A stretch of 64,000 nt of DNA from Eledone cirrhosa (lineage: Eukaryota): positions 21,824,001-21,888,000 of the forward strand of contig OZ024765.1 of NCBI GenBank assembly GCA_964016885.1, written 5' to 3'. How positions within the stretch are numbered: the stretch's first letter is position 1; each line of letters opens with the position of its first letter. A model generated the notes under the pieces. That model was not told where the DNA came from and searched no databases. It saw nothing but the letters and a program-made list of their open reading frames with translations. Position numbers and translations under genes: made by a program. This document shows, piece after piece, positions 53,995-64,000 of this stretch.

Positions 53995-55020
53995 CTCATT
54001 TCCATGTGTCTAACACCTGTGGACATGCCAACAGAGTCAGAAAATAGCACAGCTCCCATGACTTTCGGAAGCATTTTTTCATGCTCAGAGTTGCTAAAGC
54101 ATGGAACAAACTACCTGCATCAGTTGTTAGCTGTCGAGACACTGCATCCTTTAAAACCTCCATGGAACAAACTACCTGCATCAGTTGTTAGCTGTCGAGA
54201 CACTGCATCCTTTAAAACCTCCATGGAACAAACTCCCTGCATCAGTTGTTAGCTGTCGAGACACTGCATCCTTTAAAACCTCCATGGAACAAACTCCCTG
54301 CATCAGTTGTTAGCTGTCGAGACACTGCATCCTTTAAAACCTCCATGGAACAAACTACCTGCATCAGTTGTTAGCTGTCGAGACACTGCATCCTTTAAAA
54401 CCTCCATGGAACAAACTACCTGCATCAGTTGTTAGCTGTCGAGACTCTGCATCCTTTAAAACTTTCATGGAACAAACTATCTGCATCAGTTGTTAGCTGT
54501 CGAGACACTGCATCCTTTAAAACCTCCATGGAACAAACTACCTGCATCAGTTGTTAGCTGTCGAGACACTGCATCCTTTAAAACTTCCATGGAACAAACT
54601 CCCTGCATCAGTTGTTAGCTGTCGAGACACTGCATCCTTTAAAACCTCCATGGAACAAACTACCTGCATCAGTTGTTAGCTGTCGAGACACTGCATCCTT
54701 TAAAACCTCCATGGAACAAACTCCCTGCATCAGTTGTTAGCTGTCGAGACACTGCATCCTTTAACACCTCCATGGAACAAACTACCTGCATCAGTTGTTA
54801 GCTGTCAAGACACTGCATCCTTTAAAACTTCCATGTTTCCTGAGATTCACCAACACTACACCTGATATCCCCCCTCCATACACACACACACACATGTATA
54901 TTATGACTCATACACTGTTCACTTTCCTGAAATTTGTACATTATTCTATGTACTATACATGCACCTTTGATGAGTTGTACTGCACCTGAGCACTGTACAC
55001 AACAACTTTCATTATTATTA
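53995..55020 (+). mobile_element. CR1-like LINE 3' end with ~12 x 61-bp array and (ATT)n tail
   Basis: same unit in opposite orientation; same 3' UTR (gcacctgagcactgtacac). Confidence 0.75.
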
Positions 55021-55319
55021 TTTTTTATGGCGGTGATTTGGCAGTATCGGTAGAAGGTCGGACGCCATGCTTTCCAGCATAGTTACGTCCCTTTACGATC
55101 TGAGTTCAAATCCCGTCGAGGTTAACTTTGCCTTTCATCCTTACGGGGTCGATAAAATAAAGTACCAGTAATGCACTGGGTAATTGCTGGCCTTGTGCCA
55201 AACGTAGAAACAATTATTATTATTTTTTATGATGGCCGACTGCCACATCACCTCTCTCTCTCGTTACATTCCTCTCTGCTAATTATGTTCTATGCCATCT
55301 GTTATTACATCATGCTCGT

Positions 55320-56790
55320 CGTCATCGTTTTTACGTCTGTTTTTCCACGGGTCATCTTCAGCACAGAGTCTCTCCACTTGTCGGGTTCCTTCGTCATCTC
55401 CTCTGGGAGTTTCAGCGATTTAGTCTATCTTTAGTGTGGCTTCCACTTCCTGCCGCTGGGATTTCTTGGCACTTCTTCACCCCTCAATTATCATCTTAAC
55501 ACGTTCCTTCGTCATCTCCTCTGTTAGTCTCAGTGATTTGAGGTCAGCTCTCACCACTTCTGCCCAGGTCTTTCTTGGTCTACCTCTACTGTGGCTTCCT
55601 GGCACTTCTTCACCCAGCGATCAACATCTTGCCACATTCTTTTGTCATCTCCTCTGTGAGTCGAGTCTCAGTGATTATGAGGTCAGCTCTCACCACCTCT
55701 ACCCAGGTCTTTCATGGTCTACCTCTACTGTGACTTCCTTCCACTGGGATTTCCTGCCACTTCTTCACCCATGCGCATCACATGGCCATACCAATGCAGT
55801 CTTCTCTTCTGTACACCACCTTGGATTCCTCTTAAACCCAGTGTCTCGCTCAGTTCATCCAAGCTCTGCCTTATATTGCACATTCAATGAAGCATGGTTG
55901 CTTCACTTTTCTCCAGTCACCACGTCTTCTGCAGTCACGACCCATGTTTCTCTACCAAGCAGTGACTCCCATCTCCAAGCTATGCACTCTATCGGGTAAC
56001 ATTACTCCAAAGACCCTTCAGAGGAACCCCATTTCAACTGCTTGTATTCGTGATCATAATCTTTCAGTCATTATCCAAGATTCATAACTGAATTGAAGAT
56101 AGAGAGTTTGGCTTTTTACACCTACCTCCCTTCTGATGGCTGTTACATTTACCTCCCTTCTGGCTTTTACACCTACCTCCCTTCTTCTGATTACCGAATG
56201 CTGAAGCTAGCACATTACTGCAGCAGCTCCAGTGATTCCGTCCTGAAAAATCACGACCTAATCATCATCATCATCATCATCATTTTACGTCTGCTTTTCT
56301 CTGCTTGCAATGGTGGGACGGATTCTATTCAGCACAGCATCTCTCCATTCGTCATCTCCTCTGTGAGCTCCAGTGATCTGAGGTCAGCTCTCACCACCTC
56401 CCCATCTTTTTCGTGGTCTTCCTTCCACTGGGATTTCTTGGCACTTCTTTACCCAGCAGTCATCCTCCATGTGCATCACATGTTCATACCATCTCAGTTT
56501 TCTCTCCCGCACACTACAACTTATCCCTCTTATACACAGTTTCTCTCTCAACACATCACATGTCCATACCATCTCAGTTTTCTCTCCCGCACACTACAAC
56601 TTATCCCTCTCAGACACAGTTTCTCTCTCAACACATCACATGTCCATACCATCTCAGTTTTCTCTCCCGCACACTACAACTTATCCCTCTCAGACACAGT
56701 TTCTCTCTCAACTCATCTATGCTTGGTCGTTCACGTACATTGACATTACACATCCAACGGAGCATGCTTGCTTCATTTCTCTCCAGTACC
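55320..56790 (-). mobile_element. cluster of degenerate RTE fragments
   Basis: RKLRWYEHVMHMEDDCWVKKCQEIPVEG; duplicated degenerate pieces. Confidence 0.75.
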
Positions 56791-56847
56791 TAATATCTGT
56801 TTTTAATATTTTTTTTCTTTCTCAAATTTCTCCCTTTCTTTCTGCAG

Positions 56848-57053
56848 CATTTCCTGAGTTACCTAAACAACATCCGTGTGAAAGAATTCTGTACGGCCTC
56901 TCACAACCTTTACCATTATTTTGACCGTTATGTCCTGCCGTCCGTTGACCAAAGCAATGTCCAACAGTTCAAAGCTAAAGACAACACCGATGACAACAAC
57001 CGTCGTTGTGCTGCACTCAATCTTGCAGCTTTGCACTTCAGTTTTGGACACAA
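56848..57053 (+). CDS. ANAPC5: ANAPC5 coding exon 7
   Basis: HFLSYLNNIRVKEFCTASHNLYHYFDR...CAALNLAALHFSFGH, core APC5 domain. Confidence 0.96.
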
Positions 57054-57758
57054 GTAAGTGACGTATGTGACGTGTTTGGAATGACGGTGGATTGATGGAG
57101 TTGTTAGAATGTTGGATAGAATGAATGCTCTCTGATCTCTCAATTTAAATCCTACCGACGTCAACTTTGCCTTTCATCCATTCAAGGTCGAATTTGATAA
57201 AAAGTACCAGTTTTCTACTGGGGGTCGATTCTTCCTCTATATATCTCTCTATGCGTGTGTGTGCATGTGTGGTTTGCTGAGGTCAACTTTGCCTTTCATC
57301 CATTTGAATTTGATAAAAAGTACCAGTCATGTACTGGGGTTGATTCTTCTTCTATATCTCTCTCTCTCTTCCTTTCTCTCACTCTCTCTATCTTTCTCTG
57401 GAAGAAATCTGTTGCATTTAAACCTGGAGAGATCAATAATATAAAGTACCAGTTACGTACTGGGTTGATTCTTCCTCTATATCTTTTTTTCTCTTTCTAT
57501 GTGTGTGTGATTTGCCGAGATCAACTTTGCTTTTCTTCCATTCGAGGTTGATAAAAAAAAGTACCAGTCATGTACTGGGGTTGATTCTTCTCTCTTTCTC
57601 TCCTTTTTGGATATTTTGGAAGATTTTAATTAGAAATAAGAACCCTATATTTCAATTAATTAATGAAGAATTTTGAGGGATTTACTAAAATTATTAATTA
57701 TTTCATTAGTAAGATAGTAACTTAACATAGGTGTCTTATATAACATTATGTTGAAAGA

Positions 57759-58994
57759 TTTTATTTCATAGAACCAGGGGTAGTTTTAGCTGGGTTGGTA
57801 ACTAAAGGGTTAAAATAGGTAGGTTTATTTCATAGAACCAGGGGTAGTTTTAGCTGGGTTGGTAACTAAAGGGTTAAAATAGGTAGGTTTATTTCATAGA
57901 ACCAGGGGTAGTTTTAGCTGGGTTGGTAACTAAAGGGTTAAAATAGGTAGGTTTATTTCATAGAACCAGGGGTAGTTTTGGCTGGGTTGGTAACTAAAGG
58001 GTTAAAATAGGTAGGTTTATTTCATAGAACCAGGGGTAGTTTTATTTCATAGAACCAGGGGTAGTTTTAGCTGGGTTGGTAACTAAAGGGTTAAAATAGG
58101 TAGGTTTATTTCATAGAACCAGGGGTAGTTTTAGCTGGGTTGGTAACTAAAGGGTTAAAATAGGTGGGTTTATTTCATAGAACCAGGGGTAGTTTTAGAT
58201 GGGTTGGTAACTAAAGGGTTAAAATAGGTGGTTTTATTTCATAGAACCAGGAGTAGTTTTAGCTGGGTTGGTAACTAAAGGGTTAAAATAGGTAGGTTTA
58301 TTTCATAGAACCAGGGGTAGTTTTAGCTGGGTTGGTAACTAAAGGGTTAAAATAGGTGGGTTTATTTCATAGAACCAGGGGTAGTTTTAGCTGGGTTGGT
58401 AACTAAAGGGTTAAAATAGGTGGTTTTATTTCATAGAACCAGGGGTAGTTTTAGCTGGGTTGGTAACTAAAGGGTTAAAATAGGTGGTTTTATTTCATAG
58501 AACCAGGGGTAGTTTTGACTGGGTTGGTAACTAAAGGGTTAAAATAGGTGGTTTTATTTCATAGAACCAGGGGTAGTTTTAGCTGGGTTGGTAACTAAAG
58601 GGTTAAAATAGGTGGTTTTATTTCTTAGAACCAGGTGTAGTTTTAACTGGGTTGGTAACTAAAGGGTTAAAATAGGTGGGTTTATTTCATAGAACCAGGG
58701 GTAGTTTTAGCTGGGTTGGTAACTAAAGGGTTAAAATAGGTGGTTTTATTTCATAGAACCAGGGGTAGTTTTAGCTGGGTTGGTAACTAAAGGGTTAAAA
58801 TAGGTGGTTTTATTTCATAGAACCAGGGGTAGTTTTAGCTGGGTTGGTAACTAAAGGGTTAAAATAGGTAGGTTTATTTCATAGAACCAGGGGTAGTTTT
58901 AGCTGGGTTGGTAACTAACGGGTTAAAATAGGTGGTTTTATTTCATAGAACCAGGTGTAGTTTTAGCTGGGTTGGTAACTAAAGGGTTAAAATC
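57759..58994. repeat. 64-bp minisatellite, about 19 copies, containing a piggyBac-like end
   Basis: each unit contains ctaaaggg|ttaa plus flank. Confidence 0.93.
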
Positions 58995-59217
58995 TTCAAT
59001 AGAGAGGGTGTCATGTCCTTGACACAACTAAAGGGTCTTTTCAACCCATTTAGGCATAGTCTTTACAGTGGGATGCCCTTCCTGTCGCCAGCCACCCTTA
59101 AAAATCTTCAATATGTACTAGCGAGGTTGCCATGACACTTGCATGTGTGTGTCTGTGTGTTTGTACTTATATGTCATCTTATATTTAACGACCCCAGAAC
59201 CAACCTCTCCATTTCAG

Positions 59218-59299
59218 GGAACAAGCAATAGCAGCGTTGACAGAAGCTATCCGTATAGCTCAGGAAAATAACGACCACCAGTGTCTCCAACATGCCTTG
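59218..59299 (+). CDS. ANAPC5: ANAPC5 coding exon 8
   Basis: EQAIAALTEAIRIAQENNDHQCLQHAL (EAIRIAQE.NDH.CLQH motif). Confidence 0.96.
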
Positions 59300-59378
59300 G
59301 TCAGTAAAACACTATATCATATTGCTATCTCTCTCTCTCTATATATATATATATACATACATGTATATATATATATAT

Positions 59379-59410
<32 letters not shown>

Positions 59411-59436
59411 GTAGGAGGTGAGTTTTATTGTAGTAC

Positions 59437-59702
59437 AATAATGAGAACCTAAATTATGTTAATTTTAAATCTAACCACCCTACTAATATCAAGAATGCTA
59501 TAGTTAGTAATATTGGAAAAAGAATATCCAACCTATCTTCTAATAAAAACATCTTTGATGCTAACGCCAATTACTATAATAACGCACTTTCTAAAGCCGG
59601 CTATCCAGATAAAATCAAATATAGTAAAGAAACAAATTCTAGAAGAACTTACAGTAGAATAATTAATCATGACCATTCCAATAACTTTAATAAAAGACCT
59701 AG

Positions 59703-59706
<4 letters not shown>
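59437..59706 (+). mobile_element. Penelope-like element RT thumb-region fragment
   Basis: open frame NENLNYVNFKSNHPTNIKNAIVSNIGKRISNLSSNKNIF...NALSKAGY (PLE S.HP...L...GY pattern); missed by ORF track. Confidence 0.75.
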
Positions 59707-59734
<28 letters not shown>

Positions 59735-59755
59735 GTCTGTATATATGCATATGAA

Positions 59756-59819
<64 letters not shown>

Positions 59820-60245
59820 AGCATGACCAGCCAAGCTCATGGATGTTATCCAACCATCTTGCTCAGGGTTTACCCCCTGGGTCTCTTGCCGGTTGGTTTG
59901 GCCTGTAAAATCTGTCCAGTGATTCTTTCTTGAGACATTCTAACCCCATGTCCATAGTATCAGAGCTGTGATCTCTCAATTAGAGAAGTAGCAGCTCTAC
60001 CTGGAGTGACTCTCTGATCTCTGAGCTACAAATCTGTCCAGTGATTCTTTCTTGAGACATTCTAACCCCATGTCTGTAGTATCAGAGCTGTGATCTCTCA
60101 ATTACAGAAGTAGCAGCTCTACCTGGAGTGACTCATCTCCGAGCTACGCACTTTATCGAGTAAAGTTACTCCAAACACCCTTCCGGTGAATCCTACTTCG
60201 TGATCATATTCTTTTGGTCATTACTCAAGATTCAGGTCCATAGGG
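59820..60245 (-). mobile_element. degenerate RTE-like LINE of another family, with internal ~125-bp duplication
   Basis: minus strand reads roughly GVTLLDKVRSSE...ERSQL...KPTGKRPRG.P..RWLDNIHELGW; related piece at about 55950-56090. Confidence 0.6.
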
Positions 60246-60505
60246 AGACAACTTAGAAAATTATCGATTTTCCATCCCCGCCCCTATTATTTGGACCTGA
60301 GAGTATGTTGTGTGTGTCTGTGATAAACATGCTTGGGTGGAGTCTGTTCACAAAGGTGTGTGGGGGTCACCAGTTCCGATCAGCTGCTCCCATCTTTGGG
60401 TGAACACTGATGTAAATTAATTGGTATAATTAATTAATTAATTACCTTCACCCCAGCCCCCTCATCATCACCATTAACACCTGTTTTTCTATTTTCTTTA
60501 ATCAG

Positions 60506-60580
60506 GTCTGGCTTCATCGTCTTGGAGACGAGGGCAGTGCTGAAACTGCGAAACTTATGAAGAGACAAATATCTCTGCCG
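60506..60580 (+). CDS. ANAPC5: ANAPC5 coding exon 9
   Basis: atcag acceptor, gtaagg donor; VWLHRLGDEGSAETAKLMKRQISLP. Confidence 0.85.
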
Positions 60581-60694
60581 GTAAGGTTTGATATTTTTGT
60601 TACTGTTTGTGTCATGCTGGCCTAACCCCTACTGGTAGGTTTAACCACCTTGATATACTGCTTTAGCCCCTTTTAATGATGGTATTACTGTATA

Positions 60695-61160
60695 TCATCA
60701 TCATCATCTCACAGTTGCACCTTCATTTTTCCATGCTGGCATGGGTTAGATGGGTTCCATTTAGAGGCAAGTTGTGTCAGGTGACCGTGCCTCATATAGG
60801 AGTGTTTCTGGTTGGTTTTCTACGGCTGGATACCTTCTGCCATGTCTTTTACACGTCCACTTTACAGTGTGGGCTGGGAGTCAGGTCTTCTGTATTACTG
60901 TGTGACGCCAGAGATCCCGGTCCTGTGTCATCTCCTCTGAGAGGTGAAATTGGGCAAGCTTGACTTTTATCACCTCATCCCGAGTTTTCTCAGGTCTCCC
61001 CACTCCAAAGCTTCCGACGACTTTGAGCACTCTGCACTTTTTTATGCAGCTGTCATCCTTCATACACAACACATGTCCATACCAACGCAATCTTCTCTTC
61101 TGCACACAGCATTTGATTCCTCTTATGCCTAGTTTGTCTCTCAGTTCATTTATGCTTCTC
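60695..61160 (-). mobile_element. RTE 3' fragment
   Basis: [29 protein letters not shown]. Confidence 0.85.
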
Positions 61161-62287
61161 ATATATTACTATTACACATCTATCGGAGCAAGCGAGCTTC
61201 ATCATCATTTCATTTTACGTCCACTTTTCCCTGCTTGCAAGGGTGGGACGGGAACTGATTCTGGCTTGATTTCTACAGCTGGATGCCCTTCCTAACAACA
61301 ACCTCATTTACAGTGAGTGCTGGGTGCTTTTTTGCCGTGGCACCTCCACGTCCACTTTTCAGTGGAATGATATGGACCCCAGTCCCTATCATCTCATTTC
61401 TACACCTGAGTAAACTGGAACAATGTGAAATAAAGTGTCTTGCTCAAGGAAACAACACATCCTATGGTCTGAGAATTGAACTCACAACCTTTCGACTGCA
61501 AGGCCAATGCACTAACCACTAAGCCATGTGCCTCCAATATATATATATATCATTTCTTTCTAATCTATACAAGTCTCTGCACACAGTACCCAGCTCTCAC
61601 TCCCATGTAACATAGCTGTACGTACACATGTATCATACAATCTGCCTTTCATTGAAGGAGAAGTCTTTATATATTGAAGATATTAACAAAAACTGTTAAA
61701 CAGACATGTTGGCCACATAACCCTCCAATGTAACGGAGCTAACGTTTCTAAAACAAGAAACACACAAGATACCATTATTGGTTGACTTTGCCTTTCATCC
61801 TTACGGGGTCGATAAAATAAAGTACCAGTAATGCACTGGGTAATTGCTGGCCTTGTGCCTAACGTAGAAACAATTATTGGTAGATTGGTAATTTAGACAT
61901 TTTGTAACAAAGGAAGGAAATATTACTTACTTTATATTAACAATATATTGTTAACTAGCATGCTCAGACACCGGCTGTTTCCAACTCTGAAGAAAACGCA
62001 ATAATTACTACAATTAAATGGTTAATCAGGGCACCAATCTTAGCTAATTAATCAACTGATCAATTATATGAGATGTCAACATGAATGGACCTGTCATTTT
62101 TCTCTAAAGACATTATTTCTAATTCCATCCCACCCGTCCCTTCAATCTTTCTAATTTCTCATTCTTTCTTCTGATGAAGGACTAGCGTCTGAAACGTTAA
62201 GGCCCTCTTCCTGCTATTTCAAGCGTTAAACTAATATATTCCTTCCATATACTGCACCGATTGTGTTGTTATTTCTGTTTGCCTTTT

Positions 62288-62322
<35 letters not shown>

Positions 62323-62375
62323 CATGTGATGGTGGTGATGAATCTTATCATATGTGGGTTTACTTTAATCTTTAG

Positions 62376-62443
62376 GCCCTGGCACTCCTGAATATCCAGT
62401 CCCTAGCTAAATACAACGCATTTGCTAAAATGAAACCTGCCAA
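62376..62443 (+). CDS. ANAPC5: ANAPC5 coding exon 10 (gene continues beyond window)
   Basis: ttag acceptor, gtaagt donor; ALALLNIQSLAKYNAFAKMKPA resembles LASLGIQSLVQQRAFAGK. Confidence 0.85.
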
Positions 62444-62519
62444 GTAAGTAGAAGTCTTAAATCTTTTCATTCTAATGGAAGACACTGTCTATGCCTTTAA
62501 CTAATTAATGCCCCCCCCC

Positions 62520-62550
<31 letters not shown>

Positions 62551-62551
<1 letters not shown>

Positions 62552-62890
62552 GGAGGCACATGGCTTAGTGGTTAGAGCATTGGCCTTGCAATCGAAAGGT
62601 TGTGAGTTCAATTCTCAGACCGGGTGATGTGTTGTTTCCTTGAGCAAGACACTTTATTTCACATTGCTCCAGTTTACTCAGCTGTAGAAATGAGATGATA
62701 GGGACTGGGGTCCCTATCATTCCACTGCAAAGTGGTTGTTGAGGTGCCACGGCAAAAAAGCACCCAGCACTCACTGTAAATGAGGTTGGTGTTAGGAAGG
62801 GCATCCAGCTGTAGAAATCAAGCCAGAATCAGTTCCCGTCCCACCCTTGCAAGCAGGGAAAAGTGGACGTAAAATGAAATGATGATGATG
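62551..62890 (+). mobile_element. tRNA-derived SINE with RTE-derived 3' tail (copies about 11645-11983 -, 13292-13625 -, 45730-46071 -, 50001-50339 +, 61199-61535 -)
   Basis: A box tggcttagtgg, B box gagttcaattc, core ccttgagcaagacacttta, tail shared with the RTE 3' UTR; six near-identical copies. Confidence 0.85.
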
Positions 62891-63484
62891 ATATCATCAT
62901 CATCATCATCGTTTAACGTCCCAGTTCCACGCTTGCATGGGTTTGGACGGGGGTTTTCACTCTTGAGGCAAGAGTGGTTGTCTTGCTCGCATAGGACTGT
63001 CTGGCAGGTTTTCTACAGCTGGATGCCCTTCCTAACACCAACCACATTTACAGTGTGGACTGGGAGGTTTTTACCGTGTTGCCTACACGGCCACATTACA
63101 GCGTGGACTGTGTGTTTTTTGTCGTGACACCTACACGATCTCATTTGTTTCGGCCTGGATGTTGTGGCACCAACATAACTTTGCATTGAAGGGGGCGGTG
63201 TGGATGGGGTGGGACGGGGGTGTATTTTGTTAGAGATGCCTACTGACTAGTAGGTTTTACTTTGTATTTAGGTAAGGCAGATATATATATATATAATGTC
63301 TGAAGGGGTTTTCTGCTGATAGGATTAAGTATTTAGTGCACTAGAGTATATGGTAGAAATTATCTGGTAGCCACAACTCTAGACAACAGATATTAAAGGA
63401 AACTGTGGCCTAATGAAGTTTGTCCTACTAGTATAATGGGTTATAATTATCTTATTTAACTGGGTATTTGTAATACATATTTAT

Positions 63485-63698
63485 AAAGAAGTGCCAAGAA
63501 ATGCCAGTAGAAGGAAGACGCAGTAGAGGAAGACCACGAAAAACATGGGCGGAGGTGGTGAGAGCTGACCTTAGATTGCTGAAACTCGCGGAGGAGATGA
63601 TGAAGGACCGTGACAAGTGGAGAGATGCTGTGCTGAATAGGACCCGTCCCACCCTTGCAAGCAGGGAAAAGCAGACGTAAAATGATGATGATGATGAT
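63485..63698 (+). mobile_element. RTE 3' terminal fragment
   Basis: matches 36350-36560; (GAT)n tail. Confidence 0.8.
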
Positions 63699-64000
63699 AT
63701 GGTGCCACAACAACAAAAGCACTCAGTCTGTCCTCTAAGATGGTCATTTTTGGTGACACGATAAAAACCACCCAGTCCACATTGTAACGTGGTTTGCATT
63801 AGGAAGGACATCCAGCCTGAGAAACCAAGCCATAACACAGATACATATGAGAAAGATGTGGCTCCCCTGATATGACTTATCTCTCATAACATAACAACCT
63901 CTCTAACCTATGCAACAGTGGGAAAGCAGACATTAACCCTTTTAGCATTTAAACCTGCTGTAACCAACCAGAATTCTCTCACCTATTTCTGTTCAAACCG

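Noticed and set aside
57800-58994. Telomeric repeats (aagggtt)
   Set aside because: One motif per 64-bp unit, better explained as a transposon end; no (TTAGGG)n run.

Overview
Eukaryotic, intron-rich and very repeat-rich DNA. The mix of RTE LINEs with (GAT)n tails, tRNA-derived SINEs and abundant (TA)n suggests an octopus or other cephalopod genome (inference). Three same-strand (+) genes can be spliced by hand with consistent GT-AG sites and phases: the 3' part of CCDC93 (13 coding exons, 4225-30388), an intronless BBIP1/BBS18 ORF (38152-38340), and the 5' part of ANAPC5/APC5 (10 coding exons, 44056-62443, continuing past the window). Introns hold RTE and CR1 LINE fragments, two SINE families, hAT/piggyBac/Helitron-like non-autonomous elements, Penelope-like remnants and many minisatellites. 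Nearly all long ORFs in the ORF track are repeat artefacts. Main leads: (1) a possible BBIP1-ANAPC5 bicistronic/read-through transcript controlled by an adjacent poly(A) signal and splice donor; (2) about eight minimal hammerhead-ribozyme motifs, some inside long palindromes, together with a Penelope RT fragment; (3) the same microhomology-bounded LINE segments amplified into tandem arrays at several separate loci. Gene and family names come from my recall of homologous sequences, not from searches.
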